Positions 22,174 to 32,278 of a stretch of DNA of 64,000 bases are shown piece after piece. Position numbers and translations under genes: made by a program. The stretch comes from an uncultured Christensenellaceae bacterium (lineage in GTDB: Bacteria; Bacillota; Clostridia; Christensenellales; UBA3700): positions 1,589-65,588 of the forward strand of contig CALWRI010000010.1 in NCBI GenBank assembly GCA_944383905.1, written 5' to 3'. Positions within the stretch are counted from its first letter, which is position 1, and each line of letters starts with the position of its first letter. The notes below the pieces were generated by a model, which ran no database searches, was not told where the DNA came from, and saw only the letters and a list, made by a program, of their open reading frames with translations.

Positions 22174-23979
22174 ATGAAAAAATCAGCCGTGATGTTATCG
22201 ACAATATTGCTCTGTTTAGCGCTCGTTTTTACGGCGCTCGGTCTGCCGTCTGCGACGACTGCCGCGGACGAAATAAAAATCTATCCCGTCGAGTCGTCGG
22301 CTTATGCTTCATACGACGGAGCGATCGTCTATACAAAGGAGAATTCGCTCGTTCTCGCAACGGAAAACGGCTCTTACACTCTGCCCGACGCATACGAAGG
22401 CGCATGCCGCTCTCTGGCGATCACAGACGGATACGTCTTTATGCTTTCCGCTTCGAATACCGAAAACGGAGAAAAGATCTTTTTCAATGCATATGCCTAC
22501 TCTGCCGAAAATCTCCGCATCGATGCCGCGGTCAACGCGCTCCGTCTTTTCGGAGTCTCCGAAGACGAGATACAAAGCAACAAATACTGGGTCAACGAAA
22601 CGATCATCGGAGGCAATAAGATGGGCGGCTACGACCTGCTCTACGTCGACGGCGACACAATCTACTGCATGGCAAGCGCTTCTCAACGTTACCCCGAAGG
22701 CACAACAGGCAACGACGCTCTGTTTTACGGCACGCTGGGAGAAAACGGCTGGACGTGGACTTCCAACTTCTATACCAATCTCGATCTCGCGCTCGCAAGC
22801 GACTTCGCAGTGATCGGCAATCAGATCGTATACGTTTCCGAAGGCGGTCTTTACGCAAGCGAAAAAGCTCAATACGCCTCCGCGTCTCTCAAGCTGGGAG
22901 ATCTCGGAGCAAGATCCGTCGCTTATGCAGACGGGGTGATCTATCTTTCGGCAAGCGACGGCATTTACGCAGTCGATCCTTCGGGTTACTCTTTCAAAAA
23001 ACTGACCCACGACTCGTTCGACGGTATGATCCGCATTCTCCGCGGCAACGACGCAACCTATCTTCTCGCTCACGACAAGAACGGCAAATGCGTAAAGCAA
23101 TACGTCTGCGACGGCACTTCTTATTCTGACGCCGCTTTGACATATTTCAACATCTTCGACGGCGTCGTATATCAGGATCCGACCGAATTCTCTCTGCTCC
23201 GCGTCGGCAAGACCACGACGGAGACGGAGGCTTACTTCTCCCCCAAAAACCTCAAGGTCGAATATATCGCCGGCGAGGGAGAATATGTCCTCGCGCTTGC
23301 CGAGCAGGACGGTTTTTACTACGTCAGAAACGATGAAGGCAAGACCGCTTATATCCGCAAAAGCAACCTCGCTTTGCTCGAAGCGAGCACGGATACGGCG
23401 ATCGGCAAATACGCGCAGGTGCTTCACGAAAACACAAATATCTATCTGTATCCGTATATATCCGACGATATAGTCGCGACGATAGGATCCGACGTCATGC
23501 TGATCGTCGTCGACAACGTCGCGCAGGACGGCGGCAGTCACGTATGGGGCTGGTACAAAGTCTGCATTGTAGGCGAAGACGGGAACCTCACTTTCGGCTA
23601 TCTGCAAAAGGAATATGCAAGCAGATATACCAACTTCGATCTCCCGTCATTTTCCGCGGACGCGACGGTTTCCGCCAACTCTCTCGGAGGGATCATCAAC
23701 GTCTATCTCCTCCCCGACGACGGATCCGAAGTGCTAGGCACTCTGACCGACGGCGACAAGATTACCCTCGCGCAGGACAAGCTGGACGAATCGCAGGAAT
23801 GGACGAGGATCGTATACAAAGAGATGGTCGGCTACGTCAGGACGGAAAACCTGATAAGCGAAGGGATTACTCCCCTTCAGATCACGCTTATCGTCGTCTT
23901 CTCCGTCGTAATAGTCGCGACAGCGATAGTCATCGTGCTTGTCGTCAAAAAACGCAACGCGCAGAAATTCGATTACTGA
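22174..23979 (+). CDS. Secreted, C-terminally anchored protein with beta-propeller-like region and SH3-like repeats
   Basis: N-terminal signal peptide; [37 protein letters not shown]3b-like; C-terminal TM followed by KKR. Confidence 0.65.
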   Translation: MKKSAVMLSTILLCLALVFTALGLPSATTAADEIKIYPVESSAYASYDGAIVYTKENSLVLATENGSYTLPDAYEGACRSLAITDGYVFMLSASNTENGEKIFFNAYAYSAENLRIDAAVNALRLFGVSEDEIQSNKYWVNETIIGGNKMGGYDLLYVDGDTIYCMASASQRYPEGTTGNDALFYGTLGENGWTWTSNFYTNLDLALASDFAVIGNQIVYVSEGGLYASEKAQYASASLKLGDLGARSVAYADGVIYLSASDGIYAVDPSGYSFKKLTHDSFDGMIRILRGNDATYLLAHDKNGKCVKQYVCDGTSYSDAALTYFNIFDGVVYQDPTEFSLLRVGKTTTETEAYFSPKNLKVEYIAGEGEYVLALAEQDGFYYVRNDEGKTAYIRKSNLALLEASTDTAIGKYAQVLHENTNIYLYPYISDDIVATIGSDVMLIVVDNVAQDGGSHVWGWYKVCIVGEDGNLTFGYLQKEYASRYTNFDLPSFSADATVSANSLGGIINVYLLPDDGSEVLGTLTDGDKITLAQDKLDESQEWTRIVYKEMVGYVRTENLISEGITPLQITLIVVFSVVIVATAIVIVLVVKKRNAQKFDY

Positions 23980-24016
23980 CAAACAGGAAAAAACTCAAAA
24001 CGAGGAATATTTATAT

Positions 24017-25294
24017 ATGAAAGCTACAATGACCCAACAGATCCTCGCAAAAAAGCTGGGGATCAAAGCTACGGATCCGTCTCTCAAAGCGGGCAATCTC
24101 GTGCTCGTCGACGCGGATACCGCGCTCTCCAACGACGTGACCGCGCCCGTCGCGATAGACGTCTTCAACAAGAGCGGTTGTGCGCTGTGTGACGCAAAGA
24201 AAGTCACTTTCGTGCTTGACCACTTCACCCCCAACCGCGACATCCAATCCGCAAAACAATGCAAGATCGTACGCGACTTCGCAAGAGAAAAGGGAGTGGA
24301 CAACTTTTTCGACGTCGGCACCATGGGCATCGAACACGCTCTTCTCCCCGAAAAAGGCATCGCAAAACCCTGGGACGTCATCATTGGCGCGGACAGCCAC
24401 ACCTGCACCTACGGCGCGCTCGGCGCGTTCTCGACGGGCGTCGGAAGCACCGACATCGCAGGTATCATGATGAGCGGCAAAGTCTGGCTCAAAGTCCCCT
24501 CCGCGATAAGGTTCAACCTCGTCGGCAAGCCCTCTGACAAGATAAGCGGCAAAGACGTCATCCTTTATATCATCGGTATGATCGGCGTGGACGGCGCTCT
24601 CTACAAATCCATAGAGTTTACGGGCGAAGGCGTTAAGTACATGACCGCGGACGACCGCTTTACGATCTGCAATATGGCGATCGAATGCGGCGCGAAAAAC
24701 GGCGTTTTCCCGATCGACGAGATCACTGACGCTTACACCGTCGAATCGTGCGGCAAGACCTTTGACCGCTTTGAGGAATGCGACGAAGACGCTTACGAAA
24801 AGACGATCGACGTCGATCTGTCCGCAATCCGTCCGATTGTCGCAAAACCCCACCTGCCCTCCAACACGCAGTTTGTCGACGAACTGAAAGAGGATATTAA
24901 AATCGACCAGGTCGTCATCGGCAGCTGTACCAACGGCAGGCTCAGCGACCTCGCCGGGGCGGCTCGCGTGCTCGAAGGCAGAAAGGTAAACAAAAACGTA
25001 CGCACGATAATAATCCCCGCCACCAACAAGATATATCTTCAGGCGCTGGAAAAAGGCTATATTTCCACCTTCATCAAGGGCGGCGCGATAGTCTCCACCC
25101 CGACCTGCGGACCCTGCCTCGGCGGACATATGGGCATCCTGGCAAGCGGCGAAGTCGCCGTCACGACCACCAACCGCAACTTCATCGGAAGAATGGGAGC
25201 AAAGGACAGCTATATCTATCTCGCTTCTCCCGCAACCGCTATGGCAAGCGCGATAGCCGGCAAGATCGCAAGTGAGGAACAATTGGAGGACTGA
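24017..25294 (+). CDS. leuC: 3-isopropylmalate dehydratase large subunit
   Basis: [34 protein letters not shown]. Confidence 0.92.
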   Translation: MKATMTQQILAKKLGIKATDPSLKAGNLVLVDADTALSNDVTAPVAIDVFNKSGCALCDAKKVTFVLDHFTPNRDIQSAKQCKIVRDFAREKGVDNFFDVGTMGIEHALLPEKGIAKPWDVIIGADSHTCTYGALGAFSTGVGSTDIAGIMMSGKVWLKVPSAIRFNLVGKPSDKISGKDVILYIIGMIGVDGALYKSIEFTGEGVKYMTADDRFTICNMAIECGAKNGVFPIDEITDAYTVESCGKTFDRFEECDEDAYEKTIDVDLSAIRPIVAKPHLPSNTQFVDELKEDIKIDQVVIGSCTNGRLSDLAGAARVLEGRKVNKNVRTIIIPATNKIYLQALEKGYISTFIKGGAIVSTPTCGPCLGGHMGILASGEVAVTTTNRNFIGRMGAKDSYIYLASPATAMASAIAGKIASEEQLED

Positions 25295-25297
25295 TCT

Positions 25298-25789
25298 ATG
25301 ATAAAAGGCAAAGTATTCAAATTCGGCGACGACATCGACACCGACATAATCGTACCCGCGACCTATCTTTCCACCTTTGATCCGAAAGAGCTCGCAAAAC
25401 ACTGCATGGAATATACTAATCCCGAATTTTACGGAGAAGTCAAGCCGGGCGACATCATCGTCGCAGGCAAGAATTTCGGCTGCGGTTCATCGAGAGAACA
25501 CGCTCCGATAGCCATAAAAGGCTGCGGCGTATCGATCGTCATCGCAAAGTCGTTTGCACGCATATTCTACCGCAACGCTCTCAACATCGGTCTCTACATT
25601 CTCGAATGCCCCGAAGCCGTCGACGGCATAAACGCGGGCGACACCGTTGAAGTAAACGTGGACACCGGCGTGATCACAAACGTGACTTCGGGCAAGAGCT
25701 GGCAGGCGGCTCCGTTCCCCAAATTCATACAGAACATCATCGAATGCGGCGGTCTGATCAACGCGATCAAAGCCGACAAGTTCAACTGA
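25298..25789 (+). CDS. leuD: 3-isopropylmalate dehydratase small subunit
   Basis: [26 protein letters not shown]. Confidence 0.92.
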   Translation: MIKGKVFKFGDDIDTDIIVPATYLSTFDPKELAKHCMEYTNPEFYGEVKPGDIIVAGKNFGCGSSREHAPIAIKGCGVSIVIAKSFARIFYRNALNIGLYILECPEAVDGINAGDTVEVNVDTGVITNVTSGKSWQAAPFPKFIQNIIECGGLINAIKADKFN

Positions 25790-25799
25790 CGGAGGAAAA

Positions 25800-26861
25800 A
25801 TGAAATACAACATAACCGTTATTCCCGGCGACGGAATAGGTCCGGAAGTCACCTCGGCGGCTGTCGAGGTCCTCAAAGAGATAGGCAACAAATACGATCA
25901 TACCTTCAATTTTGAATACAGCATCTGCGGCGGCGCGGCTTATGACAAGTACGGCGAGCCTCTCCCTGCGGAAAGCCTTGAAAAATGCCTCAAAAGCGAC
26001 AGCGTCCTGCTCGGCGCGGTAGGCGGTCCGCAGTACGACTCCCTGCCCTACGAAAAGCGCCCCGAGCGCGCTCTTCTCGGCGTCAGAAAAGCCATGGGGC
26101 TTTATGCGAATCTGCGTCCCGCAAAACTCTTCGACGCGCTCGCAAACGTATGCCCGCTCAAAAATCCCAAAAACATCGATATGCTCGTCGTCAGAGAGCT
26201 CATCGGCGGTATCTACTTCGGAGAAAAAGGAATAAGAGAGGGCAAATACGGCCGCGAGGGCTACGACGTGATGGCATACGGCGAACTTGAAGTCGAGCGT
26301 ATTTGCCGCCTCGCGTTCGAGCTCGCGGGCAAACGCCGCGGCAAGGTCTCGAGCGTCGACAAGGCAAACGTGCTCAAAACTTCGGGCATCTGGAGAAAGG
26401 TCGTTCACGACATTCACGAAGACTACCCCGACATCCTTCTCGAAGACGTGCTCGTCGACAATATGGCGATGCAGCTCGTCCGCGATCCGTCGCAATTCGA
26501 CGTCATAGTCACGGGCAACCTGTTCGGCGACATACTGTCCGACCTCGCTTCGCAGTGCGTAGGAAGCATAGGCATTCTCCCTTCCGCAAGTCTCAACGAG
26601 ACGACGAGAGGACTTTACGAGCCTATCCACGGCTCCGCACCGACGATCGCGGGCAAGAACATCGCCAACCCGATCGCCACTATCCTCTCCGCTTCCATGA
26701 TGCTGCGTTACGCCTTCGATCTTTCAAAAGAGGCGGACGCGCTGGACGCGGCAGTCGAAAAGACGCTGAACGACGGTGCACGCACCGCCGATCTCGCAGA
26801 AGAAGGCAAACCCGTCCTCGGCACACGGGAGATGACCGAAGCGATACTCAAAAATCTGTGA
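25800..26861 (+). CDS. leuB: 3-isopropylmalate dehydrogenase
   Basis: PGDGIGPEV, YANLRP, DKANVL, NLFGDILSD, EPIHGSAP. Confidence 0.95.
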   Translation: MKYNITVIPGDGIGPEVTSAAVEVLKEIGNKYDHTFNFEYSICGGAAYDKYGEPLPAESLEKCLKSDSVLLGAVGGPQYDSLPYEKRPERALLGVRKAMGLYANLRPAKLFDALANVCPLKNPKNIDMLVVRELIGGIYFGEKGIREGKYGREGYDVMAYGELEVERICRLAFELAGKRRGKVSSVDKANVLKTSGIWRKVVHDIHEDYPDILLEDVLVDNMAMQLVRDPSQFDVIVTGNLFGDILSDLASQCVGSIGILPSASLNETTRGLYEPIHGSAPTIAGKNIANPIATILSASMMLRYAFDLSKEADALDAAVEKTLNDGARTADLAEEGKPVLGTREMTEAILKNL

Positions 26862-26902
26862 CGTCTTTTCGGATAACGACTTCCGAAAACGTACCGCAAA
26901 GC

Positions 26903-26933
26903 AAAACGACGCCCTTCACGGACGTCGTTTTTT
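26903..26933. terminator. Bidirectional terminator between leuB and the convergent TIR operon
   Basis: AAAACGACG...CGTCGTTTTTT. Confidence 0.65.
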
Positions 26934-26949
26934 CCCGACAAGTATTGGG

Positions 26950-27741
26950 TTATCTGAGGTTATCCTGCCAGTTCTTGTGCGCGTAATACTTGTTGACCTG
27001 CGTGTTCTGCCTCTGCTCGTGTTTTCTGCCGCGCAGTATCAGTACGTCGGTGAAAGGCGCGTCGAACATCGTCTTCATCACCTCGTTGTACTTTGCGGAA
27101 TCGATATTCTTGCAGGAAAAAATATCCATCAGGACCTCCCGCGTTTCGTAATTGTAATGCATTGCGATATGACTTTCCGCGATCAGGACGATACCCGACA
27201 AAAAACGCGGGGCGTCCACCCTGTCCTTGAGCACGCACGGACGACTGATCGGATGCATATCCACCTCGTAAGGAAGTCTGTCCAGCTTGTCGCTGAATTC
27301 GTCGAGAGTGGGAACGTGATTGAGAACCGCGCTTATCATATAATGCGGTCCGAAATCCGCGACGTCGTACATGCCCATGTCGTTTTTCTTAAACTCGTTC
27401 CTGTCTATCCTTTTTATAAAAAATGCGTCGCAGGGAAATTCCTTTTTGAGCAGTTTTTCGAGCAGATCCCCCGAGACGAATCCGTCGTAAAGAAGGTCGA
27501 GAAAATAACAGCCGAGCTGCGGAAAGGTATGTATCGTCAGATGCCCTCCCCTGATGAGAACGTAAGCGCTTATGCCGACGTCCTCGAGGTTCTCGCAATA
27601 GTAATAAGGAATGAGTTGCGGCGGCATGACGGACTCAAGCCTCATGGTGTTGACTATTTTGTTGAGCACCTCGTATACGTCCATCAGATTGTCGAGACGC
27701 TGGGTGCTGCAACCGTATGAATCTACCAAAACGTGTATCAT
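26950..27741 (-). CDS. Tandem two-domain SpeD/AdoMetDC-fold pyruvoyl-dependent decarboxylase
   Basis: Domain 1 GISAYVLIRGGHLTIHTFP..LDL; domain 2 FGPH..LSGIVLIAESHIAMH..MDIFSCK. Confidence 0.85.
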   Translation of the reverse strand: MIHVLVDSYGCSTQRLDNLMDVYEVLNKIVNTMRLESVMPPQLIPYYYCENLEDVGISAYVLIRGGHLTIHTFPQLGCYFLDLLYDGFVSGDLLEKLLKKEFPCDAFFIKRIDRNEFKKNDMGMYDVADFGPHYMISAVLNHVPTLDEFSDKLDRLPYEVDMHPISRPCVLKDRVDAPRFLSGIVLIAESHIAMHYNYETREVLMDIFSCKNIDSAKYNEVMKTMFDAPFTDVLILRGRKHEQRQNTQVNKYYAHKNWQDNLR

Positions 27742-27756
27742 GATCTTCTCCCGAAG

Positions 27757-28458
27757 TTAATAATATTTTACTATCCTGTTTTTTACCGAAAAGTCGTCGA
27801 GATTTATGTATGCGGTATATCTGCTGTCGCCGAAAACGGAGCGTTCCTTCAGGATATACCAGCAACCGTCTTCGTCTTCGGAGAGCAGGTCGTATGCAAA
27901 ATAATCTTTGCCCCCGATCCGAAGGAATATCTTGTCGCCGTTTTTTACGACGGCGAAGTCCTTGAGGAATATCATATCCGTGACGAGCGAGCGCACGAAG
28001 CCGAACACATCCTCGCTCTTGCTGACGCTGATGTTGAATTTGTTTTTCCACTCGTAGATAAAGCCGTAATATCTGCTGTATTCGCGCGGCTCGGAGGACA
28101 ATATATCCTTGAAAAGCGAGTTTTCGTTGGAAATTACGTCTCTTTTGACCTCCGTGAGCACATATATCACGACGTCGAGTCCGTAAGGCTCCGCTTTGTA
28201 GAGAAGCTCGAAAAGCTCGACCGCTCTTTGCGCGTGTCTGCAATCCCCCTGTCTGGATGAAGGAGCGCCGCAGTTGAGCCATTTGCAGTACGCCGCCGCA
28301 AACGCTATCTGAAGCAGACGGTATATCTGCGCTACGCTGCGGAAATCGCGCGGAGACGCCTCCGGCATACCCGTGATGAGCCTCATCGCGTTTTCGTCTT
28401 TGACGCTTTCGTTGATATACGCGGCGAGCTGTCTGAAATCAGAGATCTGTTTTTCCAT
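27757..28458 (-). CDS. Hypothetical protein (233 aa)
   Basis: ATG 2 nt after the ParA-like stop; host-like codon usage; no recognised motif. Confidence 0.7.
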   Translation of the reverse strand: MEKQISDFRQLAAYINESVKDENAMRLITGMPEASPRDFRSVAQIYRLLQIAFAAAYCKWLNCGAPSSRQGDCRHAQRAVELFELLYKAEPYGLDVVIYVLTEVKRDVISNENSLFKDILSSEPREYSRYYGFIYEWKNKFNISVSKSEDVFGFVRSLVTDMIFLKDFAVVKNGDKIFLRIGGKDYFAYDLLSEDEDGCWYILKERSVFGDSRYTAYINLDDFSVKNRIVKYY

Positions 28459-28460
28459 AA

Positions 28461-29360
28461 TCAGTCCACGATCAGTTTTGCGAGCTTCGTGTAGCGCACG
28501 AGCGCGGTCTTTTCGTCCTCTTTGAGCTCTCTCGACTTTTTGAGGTCGTAAAGTATGCCTTCCTTCCATTTGAAGCGGCCGATCTCGTTGATGCCGAAAT
28601 TGTCCGCCGAAAGAAAATTGTCGTAAATGCGGAGATTGTCGAGAGTCTCGAGCCTTTTCGCTATGTCTTCCGCCGCGCTTTCGAGCTGTCTGACGCCGTC
28701 TATCTCGACGTCTGCGGGTACAACGGTGGGAAGAAGAATTATGTCGGTATCGTCGCCGAAACTGCCCACTCTCATGCTCATGCGTTTGAGATAGTTGAAC
28801 GTCCCGATCCGGAATTGGATCGTGGGTCTCATACAGAACACGAGCTTGTCCGCTATCTCGACCGCAAGCCTTGCCGAGAACTGGTCGCCCGCCGCAGAAT
28901 CGAATACCGCTGCCCTGACCTTGTTGTTCATGCAGAAATGTCTGAACTTGGTGAGCACGGCTTCTATCGCTCCCACGATAACGGCGCGGTCGAGAGCGTT
29001 GCTGCTGTCGTCCACCCCGAGGAACATCACGGCTTTATCGTTCTCGAGACCGAGCTTTTTTCCTACCGGCCGGAAATACTTGTAAAGAGGATGATCGGTA
29101 ATACCCTCTCCGACCGAATTCTGCGGCCAGTTTTCCTCTCCTTTTATCAACTCTTTGACGTCGAATTTATCCTTGAATTCGTCCTGCATACCGAGGAGAT
29201 AGGTCATGCCCGCGCTTTCGATGTCCATATCGAGCAAAAGTATCGGAGCGTTTGCGTTTGCTCCGCACTCGTCCGCGAGCAGAGGCAGGGTGTTCAGGCA
29301 GGTAGTGCTCCTGCCGGCGCCGCCTTTATAAGAGAAAAACGTAACGAAAGTCGCTGCCAT
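28461..29360 (-). CDS. ParA/MinD-like (deviant Walker A) P-loop ATPase
   Basis: FFSYKGGAGRST, LLDMDIESAG, VFDSAAG. Confidence 0.85.
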   Translation of the reverse strand: MAATFVTFFSYKGGAGRSTTCLNTLPLLADECGANANAPILLLDMDIESAGMTYLLGMQDEFKDKFDVKELIKGEENWPQNSVGEGITDHPLYKYFRPVGKKLGLENDKAVMFLGVDDSSNALDRAVIVGAIEAVLTKFRHFCMNNKVRAAVFDSAAGDQFSARLAVEIADKLVFCMRPTIQFRIGTFNYLKRMSMRVGSFGDDTDIILLPTVVPADVEIDGVRQLESAAEDIAKRLETLDNLRIYDNFLSADNFGINEIGRFKWKEGILYDLKKSRELKEDEKTALVRYTKLAKLIVD

Positions 29361-29361
29361 A

Positions 29362-31179
29362 TTATTTGTCCCCCTCGATAATGTTTATAAGCGTTTCGGG
29401 TTCGGTCCTGAGTTTTCTTACCCAACCGTCCGCAAACTTTTCCGCGTCCGCTTTGAGCTTCGTCCTCAACTGCCGGACGTTCTCGTCGCTCTCCGCGTTC
29501 ACCCTGACGTATTTGTCGATATAGCTGTATATCATATCGCCGAAAAGCTCGTGCAAAGCCTTTTCGTGCTCTTCGAGCTGCACGTCCTTGCCGTAATTGA
29601 AATCGATAATATGCGCGATCGAGGATACGAGCTGGTCGCGGATGGTATCTTTCATCGTTCTGCGAAGCAGGTTTTCGATCTCGTAACTCTGTCTGAGCGC
29701 GGCGATCTCGTCTTCATGCTCCTTCGCGACGTCTTTCTTTATCCTTTCGCGCAGCGCCTTTTCGACGCGCTTCTCGACCTTGATCTCCGCCTCTTTCTCA
29801 AGCTCTTTCTTGGTTTTGAGCCGCTCCGCATACTCTCTTTCGTAGGTGTCGTAATATTGATAGAAATCCGCGATAGCTTCGATATAGCGTTCGGTATTCT
29901 CTATATCGTAGTTCATATTGTCCCAGATCCAATCCTGCGCGTTCATCCTGTCGAAAAGCTCGAGGAAAAGCGTGCTCATCTGTTTTTGCGGGTATCTCGA
30001 AATATAAAACGCTATGATGTTGTTCGCCTTGACGAGAATGGGGACGATGCTCGCGTCGATTAATCTCTCCGCGTTGAGAAGTTTCATGAACTTGTCGCCC
30101 TTCGCCTCGTGCATGGACTGATAATTCATATAGTATGTGTCGACGACGTACTCCTTGTTCTCCTTGGAGAGTTGCTCGTATATCCTCTGCACGTTCTGCA
30201 AAGCGGCGTTCATCGTCGCGACGACGTCTTCCTGTTCCTGCTCGTCGTCTCTGACGTTCGCGTATCCGTATATCAGAATAAATATTATATAGACCGTATT
30301 GAAAAGCGCGTTGGACGACGACGCTTTGAGCAGGTCGTCTTTTGTGACCGTCCTGATGTTTTCGAGAAAATCGTCGCTGACGAGATCGGTCTTGAGCACG
30401 GTCTTGTACTTCTGCCATACGTTTTCCGCGATCTTCTTGCAGGTCTTTCCCCAATCGGCTTCGATATGCGAATTGCTCTTGTTTTCGTTGATGAGCGCGA
30501 TAAGCTCCGTATCCGCGGGATTGCCGTCCGCGTCTTCGAGCAGAATGTTGTCCTCAAAGTCGCTGTACGCCTCGAGCACCGAATATGTAAAGAAAAGCGA
30601 AGGCTTCTTGCAGTCAAGCGTATAATTCCAGCCGAGAGGATTGTCCGCGGTGCCTATGACGGACTCGTTGAACTTGTTGATTATCTTCCTCATCTGCCTG
30701 ACGATTATGTCGTCATACTTCTGATCCAGCTCGAGAAGTCCGGCTTTCGTCGCCTTTCTCACGCTCGACAAAAGAGATAAGCACCACGTCATCGCGCCCG
30801 TATAAGGATAGACCGACGAGAACAGCTCCGAATTCTTGCGTTCGGAGACGTATGGATAGAGGTTGTAGCCGTTGTTCTCGATATAGTCGAACACTCCGGT
30901 AACGCAACCTTCGAGATCGTGCTTGTACTCGTCCGGCAGTTGCACCCCCATTCTGTTGATCAGAGAAAATACGCCCGCGCACCCGTATACGTCGCAGAGA
31001 AATCCTGTCTTCTGTTCCTTGTCGTCGGATATAAAATGAAGTTGTCCGTCTTTTTTGACCGTCTTCGTCCAAAGACTCTGAAGGATCTTTTCACCTATGA
31101 CTTTGACGTCGACGTAATTTTTGAATGTGGACGACTGGTCCGAACGTCCGAATAAAATCTGTCTTACACTCTCTCTCAT
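29362..31179 (-). CDS. Hypothetical alpha-helical protein (605 aa) with C-terminal coiled coil
   Basis: Long ORF with RBS; GWNY..PSLFFTYSVLEA; WIWD..TERYIEAI; charged heptad region KTKKELEKEAEIKVEKRVEKALRER. Confidence 0.75.
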   Translation of the reverse strand: MRESVRQILFGRSDQSSTFKNYVDVKVIGEKILQSLWTKTVKKDGQLHFISDDKEQKTGFLCDVYGCAGVFSLINRMGVQLPDEYKHDLEGCVTGVFDYIENNGYNLYPYVSERKNSELFSSVYPYTGAMTWCLSLLSSVRKATKAGLLELDQKYDDIIVRQMRKIINKFNESVIGTADNPLGWNYTLDCKKPSLFFTYSVLEAYSDFEDNILLEDADGNPADTELIALINENKSNSHIEADWGKTCKKIAENVWQKYKTVLKTDLVSDDFLENIRTVTKDDLLKASSSNALFNTVYIIFILIYGYANVRDDEQEQEDVVATMNAALQNVQRIYEQLSKENKEYVVDTYYMNYQSMHEAKGDKFMKLLNAERLIDASIVPILVKANNIIAFYISRYPQKQMSTLFLELFDRMNAQDWIWDNMNYDIENTERYIEAIADFYQYYDTYEREYAERLKTKKELEKEAEIKVEKRVEKALRERIKKDVAKEHEDEIAALRQSYEIENLLRRTMKDTIRDQLVSSIAHIIDFNYGKDVQLEEHEKALHELFGDMIYSYIDKYVRVNAESDENVRQLRTKLKADAEKFADGWVRKLRTEPETLINIIEGDK

Positions 31180-31219
31180 ATCTTCTCCCTCGTATATCTA
31201 ATTTATCCCGAATATCCGT

Positions 31220-32266
31220 TCAGTTGAAATGCTTTGTCAGACAATGGAATCCGCCCCCGCCGAGGTACGCTTCGGTCGCGTCGAGCCTGATTATCTCCCT
31301 GTCCGGGTATACGCTCCTCAATATCTCAAACGCCTCGTCATCCTCTTTTATCCCGAACGCGGGCATGATCACCGCGCCGTTGACCTGGGCATAATTCACA
31401 TAGGTATACAATACGCAGTCTCCGCTCTTTCTCGCAAAACTGCCCTCTTTGTCCACGATGTCTCTGCTGTCCGCTTCCGTCCTTTTGTGAAACGCCGGCA
31501 CCGGCAGCTTTACTATCCTGTATTTTTCGCCGTCCGCGTTCCTGACTCCGGAAAGAATGTCGAAAAGTCTGTGCGTGACTTCAAAATGAGGATTGCTCTC
31601 GTCGTCGGTGTACGAAAGCAGCATCGTATTCTTGTCCGCAAAAGCGAGCACGTTGTCGATGTGTCCGCCCGTCTCGTCACCTTCAAGTCCGAACGGCAAC
31701 CAGATCAACTGCCTGCTCTCCGTCGCTTCAAGCAGGATCTTTTCTATCTCCTCTTTCGTCATCGACGGATTTCTGTTGTCGTTGACGACGCTGTCCTCGA
31801 CGACGAAAACCGTCCCGTTTCCGTCGGGAGTGATGTTTCCCCACTCCATAGTAACGGGATAATGCTTCACCTCGTAGCCGAACACTTTTTTCGTCAGAGT
31901 TTCGTTGAGCGCGGCGTCGTTGTCCCACGAGCCGTAAAGCTCGCCGCCGTATGCGTTGAACCCAAGCGCGTTGACGCGTTTTTTTCCGTTTTCGCCAACG
32001 CATACGCTCGCAAGCATATCTCGCGCCCAGCAGTCGTCGTATCTGACCTCGAAAATCTCCGCACCGGGAACGAACGCGTAATGCGCGAGAACGTACTCCT
32101 TCATCTCCGGAAGCACTCCGACTATGACGCGTTGTCTTTTTGCTATTTCGTTGACGAGTGCCGTCATCATCTTCTGCGCAGGGACCGCGTTGTCTCTCCA
32201 TACGTCGGTCCTGTAAGGAAACAACGTCACCGTCGCAATCTGTTTTTCGTATTCGCCTTTGAGCAT
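31220..32266 (-). CDS. aguA: Agmatine deiminase
   Basis: DDCWARD, DGNGT, NRNP, ETGGHID, YVNY, GGGFHCLT. Confidence 0.88.
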   Translation of the reverse strand: MLKGEYEKQIATVTLFPYRTDVWRDNAVPAQKMMTALVNEIAKRQRVIVGVLPEMKEYVLAHYAFVPGAEIFEVRYDDCWARDMLASVCVGENGKKRVNALGFNAYGGELYGSWDNDAALNETLTKKVFGYEVKHYPVTMEWGNITPDGNGTVFVVEDSVVNDNRNPSMTKEEIEKILLEATESRQLIWLPFGLEGDETGGHIDNVLAFADKNTMLLSYTDDESNPHFEVTHRLFDILSGVRNADGEKYRIVKLPVPAFHKRTEADSRDIVDKEGSFARKSGDCVLYTYVNYAQVNGAVIMPAFGIKEDDEAFEILRSVYPDREIIRLDATEAYLGGGGFHCLTKHFN

Positions 32267-32278
32267 ACCGGCCTCCGC

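Noticed and set aside
28461-29360. Plasmid or prophage partition system
   Set aside because: No parB, parS repeats, replication, integrase or phage genes around it.
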